Shown piece after piece: positions 1-13,564 of a stretch of DNA of 64,000 nucleotides. The stretch spans positions 534,656-598,655 of the forward strand of contig JAPMXV010000049.1 of NCBI GenBank assembly GCA_026936335.1. The letters are read 5' to 3'. The notes under the pieces are model-generated. The model made no database searches, was not told the origin of the DNA, and worked only from the letters and a program-made list of their open reading frames with translations. Each line of letters starts with the position of its first letter. Positions within the stretch are counted from its first letter, which is position 1. Made by a program: the position numbers and the translations under genes. The DNA is from Mantamonas sphyraenae STR306. Lineage: Eukaryota > Protista > CRuMs.

Positions 1-80
1 CGGAGTTTGTGCATCGCTACCGCAGGTCACAGCTGCGCAAGCGCGAGTGAGGTGGAGTTGTGAATGCAGGGCATTTCTGT

Positions 81-1862
81 TTACATTTGTTCGACCACGG
101 GGATGCCCAGAAGCTCGAGGGCGTCGTGGAGGGTGTTTGCGGCGGCGTGTGCTAGGACGAGACGGTCGCGTTGATGGTGGGACGATGGGGCATGCAGAAT
201 GGGCTGTGCCTCGTAAAACGCATGTGCAGCGACGGCAATGCGGTGGACGTGCTCACACAGGCGATGCGGCATCAGCGACATTGCCGAATCCTCAATTGCG
301 TCCTGGTACAAAGCCATGCGCAGAGCCAGGGCACGTGCAGATGGATGCGCAAGTGTGTCTGGATGAAAAGGGCTGTGTGGATCATCGGCAGCGTGTTGGG
401 CGGCCTGAGACAGCTGCGGATGGTGCGCCAGGCGTCGCAGACGCGCGTAGGCATAGAGCAGGTACACGGATGTGTTGCCTTTGAGCGATAGGACACGGTC
501 AAAGTCAAACCGATAGGACTGGTCGCGCTGTGTGGCAAGGTCAAAGTAGCGTACAGCGCCGACTCCGATGCGGGAAGCCAGCTCCATCTGGGCCTGGGTG
601 TCCAGTGTACGCCCATGTGCTCCTTGCTGGACCATAGGCAGGGCGCGTTCTGCGGCTTGGCTCAACAAATCGATCAGAAGGGTGGGCAGACCGCTGCGCG
701 AGCCGAGTTTCTTGCCATCGGCACCGGTGACAAGACCGAGCTTGGCATGGGTGCAGGTCACATTCTCAGGCGAGTACAGGCCTGCACGTTGGCCCAGGGC
801 AAACAGTGACTCGAAATGCAAACTCTGCGCGGTGTCCACAACGTAGACGAGCCAGTCGTAGCCATGGCGAACACGCTGGTCCAGAGCGCACAGATCGGTG
901 GCCACATACCCAAAGGAACCATCATTCTTCTGCAGGACCAGTTGTTCGTGCGGCTCCGTAGCACACCAGCCACGCGGTGTCTCTTGCAACATGTCCATGT
1001 GTCGGAAGCGTTCCATCATGGCTGGGGCTCGTGGTAGATGTGCCGACTCGCCACACTCGCGCAGATCGGCAATGCCCAGCGTGTCATACACACGTTGAAA
1101 TCCCTGGCGGGACACATGACACACGCGATCCCATGTGTGGTCATGTTGCGGTTCTCCGTGGATGAGATGTTCCTGTAGTTGCTGTGTACGTGTGGCAACA
1201 CGAGCGGCAAATTGTGCGTCCTCCTTCATGTCTGCCTTGCCTTGGGCGTACCATGCAGACACGTCTTCAGGTTGCCACCTGTCTGAAGTGTCCATGTGCA
1301 CGTCTGCCTGTGCCAGAACAATTCCCATGGGCGTGCCGCAGTCGCCCACGTGTGAGACGGCCTCGACTTGGGCTCCGCAGCGCGTCAGCACATTGCACAG
1401 AGTGGAGCCCACCGCCAGAGTGCGCAGGTGGCCCACGTGAAACTGTTTGCCCATGTTGGGCGAACTATAATCGATCAAGACCTGTCGTCCGGCCTGTGTG
1501 TCCGGCTGCGGCGCCTGGCCTGTTGCCAACTCCGCCACCGCCCCTTGCAAGGCTGCATCGGCCAGTTTGATGTTGACGAATCCGTTTCCAGATACTTGCA
1601 ACGACTCTACAAGATCGTGAGAAGTCTCATTGTGCCATTCGTCCACCCATTCCTGCGCAACGACAGCCGGAGCCGCACGAGCGATCTTGGCCAGTGGAAA
1701 AGCGTTGGAACACTGCAAGTCGGCTTCTGCACTCGCATGACGTTGCATGCCCACGACAGGCTGCAGGGACGCCACGTAGCCTTCCCTGTGTTCCTCGGGT
1801 AGCCTCTTGCGCGCCCATGTATGCAGCGAGTCCTCCATGGCTCGTGCTACTCGGCTGCGCAT
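81..1862 (-). CDS. RARS: Arginyl-tRNA synthetase (class Ia)
   Basis: DYSSPNMGKQFHVGHLRT (HIGH motif), SHVGDCGT, KKLGSRSG (KMSKS-like), GNTSVYLLYAYARL, C-terminal LGIPVVEQM. Start placed at ATG 1862 because the upstream part of the ORF overlaps the divergent gene. Confidence 0.95.
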   Translation of the reverse strand: MRSRVARAMEDSLHTWARKRLPEEHREGYVASLQPVVGMQRHASAEADLQCSNAFPLAKIARAAPAVVAQEWVDEWHNETSHDLVESLQVSGNGFVNIKLADAALQGAVAELATGQAPQPDTQAGRQVLIDYSSPNMGKQFHVGHLRTLAVGSTLCNVLTRCGAQVEAVSHVGDCGTPMGIVLAQADVHMDTSDRWQPEDVSAWYAQGKADMKEDAQFAARVATRTQQLQEHLIHGEPQHDHTWDRVCHVSRQGFQRVYDTLGIADLRECGESAHLPRAPAMMERFRHMDMLQETPRGWCATEPHEQLVLQKNDGSFGYVATDLCALDQRVRHGYDWLVYVVDTAQSLHFESLFALGQRAGLYSPENVTCTHAKLGLVTGADGKKLGSRSGLPTLLIDLLSQAAERALPMVQQGAHGRTLDTQAQMELASRIGVGAVRYFDLATQRDQSYRFDFDRVLSLKGNTSVYLLYAYARLRRLAHHPQLSQAAQHAADDPHSPFHPDTLAHPSARALALRMALYQDAIEDSAMSLMPHRLCEHVHRIAVAAHAFYEAQPILHAPSSHHQRDRLVLAHAAANTLHDALELLGIPVVEQM

Positions 1863-1895
1863 CGTGACACAAGTGAACAGTTGAGCTGGCCCACC

Positions 1896-2512
1896 ATGCG
1901 AGCCGTTCTGGCAACGCTGCTTCTGTGTGCAGTTGTCTGTTGGGTGCATGCTGCACCTGCACCTGTCGACTTGGTGAGTGCGCTGCCACCGGTGGTGAGC
2001 CAGGAGGATGGTTGACAAATGGGCGGTGAGTGCTGACGTCATTTTCCGCCCCCGCTTTTCACCCACCTGCAATAAAGAAACACACCCATGACCAGCACCT
2101 CATCATCGAACAGGGTGTTGCAGTGGCTCCGTACAACGATTCCCGGCTGAGCAAGGAGCTGCGCAATCTGGTGACCGAGTACCCGTGGCCCAACTTTTTC
2201 GAGGCGTACACTCCGATTTCGTACGACTCGCACACTGTGGTCACCAGTGGGGCCGAGCTGCTGGACCACGAGGTTGAATTCTCCGACGGATACTCGGTTG
2301 TGGGACCTAGCAACCATATTGGCCAGGGTGAACAGACGGGCTGGGTGTTGCGGTTCCACTGTGCGAAGCACGGGCACGTGTCCTACGCCACCACGTTTGT
2401 GTTTAAGCACCAGCACAGGACCAATCTCCAGTACGATCCAGTCACCATCTACTACACCCACGAGTGCAACGACGAGACCATCCAGCACGAGCACGGCCAT
2501 GACGAGCTCTGA
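1896..2512 (+). CDS. Small secretory-pathway protein with signal peptide and C-terminal HDEL ER-retention signal
   Basis: MRAVLATLLLCAVVCWVHA signal peptide. Intron 1974-2077 (GTGAGT...GCTGAC...AAG) joins in frame to the ORF ending HEHGHDEL*. Confidence 0.75.
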
Positions 2513-2608
2513 CGCGAGCTCGTCCCACACACAGAATGAATGCATGAACAGCGACGAGATAATAACCCAGTCCTCGCATGTCTACTTTCTGTACATTCCT
2601 CACTGCGC

Positions 2609-5600
2609 TCATGCATCTGCAAAAACCTTGACTTCTTGCGGCTCCGCCTTGGCTTCGCCTTCGTGGCGACACCAATCGGGATTCTGGCGGATAAGCGCGG
2701 CCAGCGTTGTGTAGAAGCCACCCGGAGGTGTCACAAGCTGCACCACCGACGCACCCGCACCTTTGAAGTGCTTCTCGCTGTGGAAGTACACGTCCTTCTC
2801 GTCAAACAGGCGATCGACCATGTGGATCTCCCCAAGCGAACGCTGCAGAAGCCAGTAGTCCACAAGCTCCATGTCGCGCTGGAACCACATCACGTCGTTG
2901 CTGTTGCTGACAATGCCACCTGCGAGCGCTCAATGTCAGCCAGCGTCTCGTTGAGTTCGAGCTGTTCCCGGACCTCGGCCGCATTCAGCCTGCGCTTCTG
3001 TGTCTTTGCGTACTTGAGACGCATGCGAAGACGCGACTTGACCTGTGCCGCGTGTTCCTCGCGCACGGGTGGAAACAGACGCAGTTTCACAAACCCTGTG
3101 CCCGTGTACTCTTGCAGCTGCTCCTGCGCCTCCTGTTCCTCCAGATCCTCGTCCGTTAGCATGGCCCGTGCGGCGCTATTCAAGTATCCAATGTCCAGCA
3201 GCTTCTCCCGAAGGATCCGTGTGGCCTCTGCATACACCCTGCCGTACTGCAGCGAATCGGCCACAAGTTGCACGTCCGCGTCGAGTGCCTCCATGTCCAG
3301 TTCACACTTGTGCAAGTCGTCCATGACGTTGGCAGGATCCACAGCAGACGTGCCCGACGACGATGACGCTCGCTCTGGCATGGCCACGATGCCTTGGGTG
3401 CTTCGCAGCGCGTCAAGCACACGGTGCTTCGGTTGCAGCGCAAACGACACGTCCATGCCGTATGGTAGCAGCTCGTTGTTGAACGTGTATGCAGATGCAA
3501 TCGCTCCCCAAATTGCACTCTGGAAGCGATGCGGGATCTGTTCGCCACACTCGCTCGCGCAATAGCGGAAAAAGTCTTCGGTGACCGCGTATTCCACAGG
3601 CGACAGGCCTCGCCTGCCAATGCCCAGCAGGAAGCGCTCCATATGTGTGTCGATGGTCACCGATGTGGAACGGTACGGATGCACGAGGTTGTCCAGGAAG
3701 CTTCGGATTTTGTAGCCCGACGGACAGCCCATGGGACCGCTCATGAAGTTGAGCAGGTCGCTGTTGGGATAGCTGCCCCACTTGGGCCGGCAGGACTGCG
3801 AGAATGCACGGAAGTTCAGCAGGGCATTCGCCACGTTGCGCCGAATGGAACTGTTGCGGCTCGATGTGGCCAACAAGGCCATAAAGAAGCGCAGCTCGCT
3901 TTCCTTGTTCATGCACAGCTCCAACACAAGCTCGTGGAACGACTGGTACCAGTTGTGGAAGCCTCCCTCCTTGCCCGTCTCGTATGCGGTGCGCATGGTG
4001 TCCAGGTCCGGCAGCGTGTGCTCGTCCACCACTTTCGATCCCAGGAATGCACGCGTGTAGAGAGCGGCGTCGCGGTAGTTTGTAAAGCCCGTGCGGTACT
4101 CGGGCACGTAGGCAGAGCTGACGCGGATGCACGATGAGCCGCGCAACACGTCCTGGTACAGCGCAACTGAGTCCACGGGCGCATGCGCACCATAGCCCTT
4201 GTGCGTGCGCAGAACACACGTCGTTCGTCCACATACTCCCTGCGTGCACTCATGCCAATGGCCAGCGGGTTGTACCGGATGTACCGTTGCAGGGCGTTCT
4301 GCGCCACAGTCGTCTTGCGGAAGCGTTGGTCAGGCACAAACAGGTACGAGTACGCCTCCACTGCGTCCAGATAGGCCTTGCGTGCAAACAGCTCAGGTGA
4401 CAGTGCACTTGTCGAATTGTCCGGACGGATCCACAGCACAGAGCCCTCCGTGTCCTGCTGCGAGTCCTCTGCCAGCACCAGTTCGTTCTGTTGGATCGTA
4501 TCCAGCTCGCTCTGGGTGACCCATGCTCCGTAATAGTGGATCAGCAGTTCCTCGACGTCGTCTTTGTCCTGTTGGCTTCTATCTGGTGTGTTGAACGCCT
4601 CGATCCCTGCATTCTGTGCATGCTCGTTCTTGCTGTCGCTGCCCAGCTGTTCAAACAGCTCTTCGTAGCCGCTCACCCGCGGGTCCTCCAGCAACAATTC
4701 CACCTTGCGTGCTTTCTTGCGCTCTTCTTTGTGCAGAGCTGCCACGAAGCGCAGCTGATGGTTGTGCTTCTCCAGCTCCCTGTTGATGGTCTCCTTGTCC
4801 TGAGGACGCACGACTCCACCGCCCCGTTTGTAGATCGCCATGAGCATTGTGGTCATGCGCACCGCGTGTTGCTCTGCAATGTGGTTGATCTGAGCCTTTT
4901 GCTGCTCCACCAGGTTGGCCATCTTGTCCTTGAGCAGCGCCCTTCGCTCTGCTACCTCCTCCGCACTCAGCACACGCTGTCGCTTTCGAGCTGGCTCGCT
5001 CTCCAACGAGGACATCAAATCGGCCAGTTCCTGGTCCATCACAACCTGTCCCGGCGTGCCGTCCACTTCTGTATCTCCGCCGTGATCTTTGGCCGCTGCG
5101 TCGTCTTCACCGATATCCTCATCGTCTGCGCTCGAACTGGTGCTGCTGCTTGTTCCTGTGTCACCGCCGATATTGTTGCTCTTGTCTGCGTGATCAAGGG
5201 CACCGTCCTCCAGCTCCTCCAGCAAGGCATTCTCCATCTGTTCGTTCTGCGTGTCGTCAATCTGTCCGTCAAAGTGCTTCCACAGTGTTTGGGCATCCAC
5301 AGGACTATCTTCCTGGGCGTCACTCGAAGCTGAGCTTGCAGCCTGCCGTTCTTGCTCTGCCAGCACCTCCATGGCCTTTCGTCGCTTCTCCTCGACTCGT
5401 TGCCGGCGTTGCTCCTCGCGAAAAATCCGCAGCCGCCGTTCCAACATCGACTCGCCCCCTCCCGACGACGACTCGATGCTCAGTGCTGATGCCAGAGCCA
5501 ACGAGGCCGAAGCATGGGAGTTTTCTCCTTGTTTGCCCCTGGCGTTGGTGTCGACAGAAAGCTGTGCTGCGTGTTTCACCGCTGTGTTCAGGAACGCGTT

Positions 5601-6089
5601 GACGACGACTGCCCTCTCGGGACTTGCCGGTGCTGCGCTGACAGGTTCCGTCTGCATGTGGTCTGTGGCCTCCTCTGTTCGGTTTACCCTGCGTTCGGTA
5701 GGGAGCACGGGCTGGTGGAACACAGGCGGAGTGACACTGCGCTGCACGTGTGTGGGCGGCGTCTCCTCGTCCGTCATCTCGTCCAGCTTGCGCTTTCGAA
5801 CAAAAAGGTCCACCATCTGCTTGCCGTCGTCCTCGTTCTCTGCCTTTTCGGCATTGGCCATCAACACCTTGTTCATGCGCTCTTGTGCCAGCCGTTGCTG
5901 CCGACGCAGTGCTGCCAAGCGGTCGCTGGCAGACGATGCAGTGACGGACTTTCGCTGACGAAACACGGTAGGAAGCCTGCCCGCCGCCTCAACTGACTTT
6001 ACCCTGCCTGCTGCAGCCGCAGATGAGCTTCCATCCAAAGAGGCCACCTGCTTGGGTTTCCGTCTGATTTTGAGAGCACTGAGATCCAT
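2609..6089 (-). CDS. Large multi-exon protein: charged/coiled-coil N-half plus HhH-GPD (endonuclease III)-like domain of phage type
   Basis: ORFs 3909-6143, 2890-4176 and 2609-2893 can be joined by two phase-0 introns of about 40 nt (near 4153-4190 and 2879-2919). Domain motifs: GxxxWY...LLATSS.N.S...N..NA...SGYKIRSFLDNL..P.....VTIDTHM...Y...E...QSAIW. Confidence 0.65.
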
Positions 6090-6153
6090 GTTGTAGCGGG
6101 GCCACGGCTTGCACCGGCTCGGGCATTGCTTCTGCCAGCCCACTTGTCATCAC

Positions 6154-9100
6154 ATGTCCAGTGTATGGAGTGGCTTCACCAGAGGGTGGGGCGACATGGA
6201 GGCATCGGTGAAGGGTGGGTTCGCAGCCGACGACGATGACGGCGAGCTGGAAGAGGCCACGCGGCCCAGCAAGATCAAGCCCAAGGAGGGGCATCCCTTT
6301 GTGGTCAGCGGTGTCACAGTGCAGTTCCCCTTTGAAACTCCGTACAGTCCGCAACGTGCCCTTATGTTCAAAGTGATCCGAGCCCTGAATACGCACACCA
6401 ATGCCCTGCTCGAGTCTCCGACGGGTGAGTGAATGTGGCGCGAGAAGCGCGCGCCAAGGGCTCTTTCCCGCCCCGCTACGCACACACAGGAAGCTTGAAC
6501 CTCCCATCTCGCTGGCAATGTAATATATGCATGCATGCGAGTGCGCGAGTGTGTTTTGCGTGACGTCACCACCATTACCAACTGACTCATGCCAATGGAT
6601 TCTCAGGAACCGGAAAGTCGGCCGCCTTGCTGTGCTCAGCGCTGGCTTGGCAGGCCCAGCAAAAGGAGCTGGCCAAGAACAACAACACAGAAGAGCAGCT
6701 GGAGGAAAAGGAACACCTGCTGGAGCAGTTGATGCTCGAATACTTTGAGGTGGTGACCAAAGGTGATCCGACGGACAAAGAGACCCTGCGCAAGGCCACC
6801 CAGCAATTGCACGCCATGGCCGCACCATCCGGTACCAAGCAGAACAAGAACAAGGGCAAGGCAAAAGCAACTGTGGTGTCCTCGAGCAGCAGCAGCAGCA
6901 GCAGCAGCAGCAGTGGCGTGGAGACCGACGACTTTGACAGCGACGGGGTAGGCGCGGCACGAGCAGATGAGAGCATCCAATGGCGTCAATTGGTGGTGAA
7001 CATGTCCATTCGGTACCAGCGAGGGGAGTTGGTCAAGCTGTCGTCTCTGGGAGACATCGGTGCAGATGAAGACGACATCGAAAACGACTCTATCAGCTCC
7101 CAGGAGGAGATGGCCATCGAGGTGGCTCCCCGTGCCAAGCCTGAGCCGGTTCAAATTGAGTACGAGACCGAGGAAGTGCCCGAGTCGCCTCAGGACCTGT
7201 TTGAGGACGCAGAGACGGACGGGGAAGATGAAGGCGACGACGACGACGACGACGACGACTTTCAGCAGACGCCGCCAAACAAGACCAAGGAGAAGCGGCG
7301 CGCACAAGCAGCTTCCACAAAGAGGAGTGTTGCAGAACGTGCGCACAGGCAGAAGCTGCTGCATCGAGACGTGATGAAACTGACGAGCCTGATCCGTGAA
7401 GAGATGCGCGCGGCGCAGCAGCTGCGTAGGCAGCAACAGCGTGGTGTGCCTGTGATCTACTACACATCACGCACGCACTCTCAGATCGAGCAGGTGATCA
7501 AAGAGCTTGCCACCACGCCATACAGGCCCACGATGAGTCTGCTCGGCAGCCGAAAACACTATTGCATCAACCCAAACGCACAGCGCGGTGCACGCGGTGC
7601 CAAGCTCGACGTCAACACAGAGTGCAGGAAACTGCTGGAGCACCAGTCGTGCAGGTACTTTGGCAAGTCCAAAAGCATTGCAAACAGCACGGGCTTTTCC
7701 CGGGACATGCCTCTCTTTGACATCGAGGAGCTGTCCGAGTATGGCTCACGCCACTCTGCGTGTCCCTATTACATCTCTCGTGAGCGAGCCAATGTGGCTG
7801 AGATTGTGTTCTGCCCATACAACTACGTTCTCGACCCGGGCATTCGCAGCTCCCTTGAGTTGGACATGAAGAACGCCGTGGTCATTCTGGACGAAGCGCA
7901 TAACATCGAGGACGTGTGTCGCAGCTCTGCATCGGCTGAGCTGGACATGGCGCTCGTCAGCTCGGTGCTCGTGCAGCTGCGTAGCGCGCGAAAGAACGCG
8001 GAGGAGGGCGAGGGGGCCGTGGGCGGAGACGACCTCGTCGACGTGTACAGCAAGGTGATCACCGTCATGGCTGCCATGGAACAGTGGTCCAACGGCCTGA
8101 TGGAGCAGATGGACAATGGTAAGGGCACAGTGGAAGGCTCGGGCAACTTTCGAACAGTGCGCTTCGAGTACAGCGGGAACCTGTTGCGTGACCTGGCTCG
8201 CTCCTGGACGGTGGACAATCACACCATTTCCATGCACAGCTCGGCTGCCAAGGATCTCCTGGACGCAAACAACGAGCTGGAGATGGAGTCGCCCCTGAAG
8301 CTTGACGCAGGTGCAACCAGCGTTGTCCAGAGCCTATTTATGGTGCTCAAGTACATGGTGGACGACAACTACAAGCATCTGCCGGACTACCGTCTCGTGT
8401 ACGTGCAGTCGTCCAAGTACGACCGCAAGATCCAGGACAAGAGGCACATGTATCACGCCAAGTTCTGGTGCATGAACCCGGCCGTCGTGTTTGCACCGTT
8501 GGCTGAACAGACGGGCAGTATTGTGCTTGCTTCGGGCACGTTGAGTCCAATGGAGTCGTTCCAGAGCGAGCTTGGCGTGCGCTTCGAGCAGCGACTGGAG
8601 GCCAACCACGTGATCAATCCAGACACGCAGGTGCTGGTACGCTCCGTGGCTACGGCCAACCGCATCCCACTCTTGGGCGTGTACAAACAGCAGAAGAATC
8701 TGCACTTTCAGGACGTGGTGGGCATGTCGCTCCTGTTCATCCTGCAAAACACACCGCACGGAGTGCTTTTCTTCCTGCCGTCCTACTCGTTGCTCAACAC
8801 CCTCTACGAGAGATGGGAGCAGACGGGTGTGCTTGCAAAGATGCAGGCCGTCAAGCAGGTGTTTGTGGAGCCTCGTGCTGCAGATGCAGAGACGTTTGAA
8901 GAGGTCATCGCCGACTACTCGGCTGCGATCCGAGCCTCTGTGGCAGCGGAGCGCGCCAAGAGCATGCACGGCGACCTGGCCGAGTTGACATCCAGGAGCC
9001 GAGTGCGTCACAAGCCGCGCACAAGCGGCGCCCTGTTCATGGCAGTCATGCGCGGCAAAGCGTCAGAGGGCATTGACTTTTCCGACGAGCATGCGCGCGC

Positions 9101-9779
9101 CGTGGTCATCCTCAGCATCCCGTTCCCGAACTATATGGACCCACAGCTGCGTCTGAAGAAGGAGTACAACCGGATGCGGCACCGAGCAGACAGCAACATG
9201 CTTGACGGAGACGCGTGGTACAAACTGCAAGCTTTTCGGGCTCTGAATCAGGCCATCGGACGTTGTCTGCGCCACAGCCAAGACTATGGCGCCATCATTC
9301 TGCTCGATCAACGCTACGGCGAAGAGCACAATCAAGCTGGCATCTCGAAATGGGTGCGGCCGTGCATCCGACACAATCACACCGTCAACGAGACGCTGCA
9401 GGATCTGCACCAGTTCTTCTCCCGCCACAAGGAGCGCGAGCGGAAAGAGCGGTTGGCCATGGTGCAAGCGGCGACTTCTGCTTCAACAAAGGAGGAGCCC
9501 GAGACCGAGAGCCTCGTGGAGCTTGTGTACACCAAGCCCGAACCCGAGGTATCGACCAAGGTGGAGGAAGACAGGAGTGGCGAAGAGGATGACATGCAAA
9601 GGAGTGGTGAAGGGGACGACATGCGACAGTACTTTGCGCAAGGACAGCAGAAACGCAAGCTGGAGCAGCTGGAGTCAGCCCGGCGCTTCCAAGAGGCCAC
9701 ACAGCGCGGTGGCGAGGGTAGTCCGCATCAGACGGGACGGACGGATGGAAATGACGTGAAGCGATCGCGATTGTGTTGA
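6154..9779 (+). CDS. BRIP1: FANCJ/BRIP1-like Fe-S DEAH helicase (XPD family)
   Basis: LESPTG|TGKS Walker A split by intron 6425-6606; SRTHSQ; Fe-S cysteines (SRKHYCIN...C...C...CPYY); DEAHN; LASGTLSP; RGKASEGIDF; QAIGRCLRH; GISKWVR. RTEL1 is a less likely alternative. Confidence 0.88.
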
Positions 9780-9845
9780 GGAACGAAGTCGGAAGAGGAA
9801 GATCTGCCGCGCGCGGGGCCCCAGCAAAACACATTCACCACCCCA

Positions 9846-11120
9846 ATGCTGTTTTACCTTGTCGTTTTTGTGGTTGTGGTTGTGGTCGCGGCCAACCTGT
9901 ACATGCGCAAGCATGGGCCCAAGTCTGTGACGCTCAAGATGGACAGCATCGAGACGACGGTGTTTGAAAAGATGCCGCCCGTGTGGGCGATGTACTTGGA
10001 GGTGATCACCAGCAAGTACAACTTCACCAAACCCTCGTACCCGCCTGCAGATTCGCGCAAGGCGCACATTGAAACGCTTGTTCCGGTGCACAAGGTTGAC
10101 AAGCAGCAGGTGGCCAACTTCCAGGAGCTGTGCGGCTATGGCGACCGCGCTCTCATCCCGCCCGCGTATGCGTTTCCCCTGGGGTTTCATCTCATTGGCT
10201 ACTCCCTCACCAGCAAGTTGTTCCCCATCAAGCCCTTTGCTTCGCTCGTGCACATCTCGCAGGAGATCGAGGCCTTGGAGCCGATTGGCGTGGACGACCA
10301 GCTTTCTGTGCGACGTAGGTGGACCCGCCCGCTTTCCCAGTGTGCATGTGTGACTTTGTGTCCTTCCACGCAAGATTGCAGTGCCATGGTCCAGAACATG
10401 AGCGCAAGGGAGTGATGCCCAGTTGCCAGGAGCTGCTGCTGACACAGGGACGAGCAAACGTTTGCGGCATGCATCCGCTTTTCTCGTGCTGCCGCGACGC
10501 ATGGACACGGCAACGACGCGCGTGTGTATACAGTGCTGACCAAGAGCGTACAAGGCGAGAAGGGCACCGAGCTGCATCTGGTCACGTACGTGTACAAGCT
10601 GATGGGCGACGGAGCCGAACCCAACCTGGTGTGGAGGAGCGTCGGCATCGAGCTGGCCCCGTCGCCAAAGAAGAAGGGCAAGGGTGGCGCACGCAAGGAG
10701 TTTGCTGTCCACGAGTGGCCTGAAGAAGATGACAACACCGTAATCAACACATGGACGCTGGGCTGGGACGCAGGACGCAAGTATGCTGCCGCCTCCAGCG
10801 ACTACAACCCGTGGCACATGGCCAAGATTCTGGGCCAGCTGTTTGGCCATCGCGCCGCCCTGTCCCAAGGCAACTATACTCTGTCCCAGGCGTGCGCAGA
10901 TATCGAGAACGCCGGCTTCTGCCCGCCGTACCCGCTGCGCATCAAGGCAGAGTACAAGCGACCCGTAAACCTGCCTGCCAAGGTCAAATGCACGCTGACA
11001 CGCGACGAGGATGCACAAACAGCTTCCTTTGACGTCTACAGCATGGATGGCAAGAGCCTGCATGCCGTCGGCAAGGTCGAGCACATCGACGACCTGTACC
11101 TCAGCGACGAACGACAGTGA
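9846..11120 (+). CDS. MaoC-like double hot-dog fold acyl dehydratase with N-terminal membrane anchor (spliced)
   Basis: Hydrophobic N-terminus; PPAYAFPLGF; LVHISQEI; hydratase motif KYAAASSDYNPWHM...LFGH; two ORFs separated by intron(s) at about 10310-10520. Confidence 0.75.
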
Positions 11121-11221
11121 CGCGGTCAGAGAGCCATTTGAAGAATGCAACATGCAACGTGTGTGGCCATATGTGTTGGAAAGAGTGTGTTGTTCATCGC
11201 ATCAGCGTCTGCCACTGCCAA

Positions 11222-13564
11222 TCACGCCTCGTCTTCCTTGATCTTGATCACAACACCCGCGCACAGCGTCTCGCCGTTCTCTCGCAGCATGAAGCGGCCC
11301 AGCTGGCGGTATTGCGTGTACAGCTCCACACAGATGGGTTTCTCCAGCTTGATGTCAACAATGGCGGCCGAGTTGGCAGGTAGGAAGCGCGGCTTCTTGC
11401 GCAGAATTGCACCGGACTTCTTGTCCACCGTCTGAATCAGCTTGTTCACAATGACAGGCAGATGCAAGGTGTGCAGATGCAACAAGCTCTTGTGGCCCAG
11501 GCGAACGGGCGTATCCATCGTCAGGATGCGTGCGCGGAACTTGCTCGACACCGGTGCAGGGTGCATGGGGTCGCACAGCACATTGCCCACGCTCAGCACA
11601 CTGATCTCCACCCCAGTCAGCACGACCTCCACGTTTTCTCCCGCTGCACCCCAGCCCATCTCCATCGGCGCCCCCTGGAACGAGGCGCTGCTGCTGGCGG
11701 CGCTCTCCGACATGCTGCTGATCACCGTCTTGACCACTGCCAGCTCCTTCTGCGGCGAAATCAGCACTCGGTCGCCCGGTGCAATGACGCCGGCCTCGAT
11801 ACGACCCACCACAACCACCGTGTTGCCAGCGCCCCGGTACAAATCAGAGATTGGCAGGCGCATGGGCTTGTCCAGCAGTCGCGGCGGCGCATTGAATGCA
11901 TCGATGCGTTCAAGCAGCGACGGGCCGTCATACCATTCGATTTCCCCTTGGTGACGTTCCACCAAATTGATGCCCTCGAATCCACTGACCGGGATATACG
12001 AGAGATTCGACTCCTTGAAGCCAGCCGCGTTCAGGAACGCGCCCACCTTGGACTTGATCTCCTCGAACCGCTCTTGCGACCATTCCACAAGATCCAGCTT
12101 GTTGACGGCCACCACCAGCTCCTTGACACCCAGCGAGCGCACAAGCATGGCGTGTTCCTTTGTTTGGCACCCGTCGCGGAATCCGGCCTCGAACTCGCCC
12201 TTGGCCGCGTTGACCACCAGCACCGCCACATCTGCCTGCGACGCACCGCTGATCATGTTGGGAATAAAGTCGCGATGGCCTGGAGCGTCAAGCAGCGTGA
12301 TGCGCTTGCTCTCCGTTTCAAAGCTCTGCACACCCACATCGATAGTCACGCCTCGCGAGCGCTCCTCCTCCTCTGCGTCCATGACCCATGCAAAGTGGAA
12401 CGAGCTCTTGCCCATGTTTCGCGACTCTCGCTCAAACTTGCGCAGCTCGCTGCTGGCAACTGCCCCCAATTTGTACAGCAGATGCCCTGTGAGTGTGGAC
12501 TTGCCTGCATCCACGTGGCCAATCACAACCATATTCACATGCTCCTTCTCCGCTCGGAAAGCGTCGATTTCGGCCTGCATGGCTTTGGATCGCTTCCCAC
12601 TTTGCTCAACGAGCAATTTGTTGCGTGACCCAGGTGTGCCACTGCTGCTGCTACTGCTGCTGCTGCTGCTGCTGCCTGCGTTGCTGCTGCTTGTGTCCGT
12701 GTCACGCTCCTCCTCTTCTTTTTCCTCGTCCTTTGCATCGTTCTTCTTCGGCGTCACCTCGCCGGAGAGATCCAGCAGGTTCAAGGTCTTTTTCGGCCTG
12801 CTCTTGTCCATGGCCTTGGCCAGAAGCGAGCCCTTTTTGCGGTCAGCCTCACTCACTGCCACAAGAGTGGCCGCAGTGGCCTCCACGTCAAAGTTGTGGC
12901 CGCGCAGCGCCTGCACAAGGTCAACTTCCGTTTGGTCGGCTGCGTTGTTTTCCACCAACTTGGCATACAATGCGTCGACGGCCATGCTCACAAACTGTGC
13001 GTCCTCGCCTTCTTGCAGCTCACTCTCTGCGACGCCTGCACCTTCGCCTGTGTTGTCCACGCCCTCCATGGGGCCCCAGATTTCGTCGTCGCCGTCGTGG
13101 AACCCGTCGTCGTTGTTGTCTGGGTACACTTGCCCTTCGCCATACTCGCCAGCCTGTTCCCCGTTTTCGGGCCACTCTTGCTCTTCGTCGTCGTAGTAGT
13201 GCCAGTCCCCATTTTGGTCGTAGTAGCCTTCAGCCTGAGTGTGCTGGTCGCCGTTGTACATGTACTGCGCCATGGACGGGGAACCGTACTGTCCTTCGTC
13301 GTAGTCATCATAATCGTCATAGTATTCATCATCTCCGTCTGTAGAGGTGTGTTTGCAAGAATGTCAGCGTCGTGCTGGTTGTGCAGGCGGCTTCCAAGTT
13401 GGGCCTTGCAGAATTCGCTCATTTCCCTCGCTCCGGCCTCCCCACGCCACGCGCGCACACCATTCGCGCTGTTCACACACTGTGGTCACACACCCAACTC
13501 GCGCACTGTGATCATACGTACAGTCCTCTGTGGACAGGAAACGGATGTTCCTGTGTCTGCTCAT
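11222..13564 (-). CDS. HBS1: HBS1-like translational GTPase (ribosome rescue)
   Basis: N-terminal MSRHRNIR exon typical of HBS1; GHVDAGKST, ERSRGVTID, DAPGHRDF, NKLD; C-terminal LGRFMLR; one 5' intron. Confidence 0.93.
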
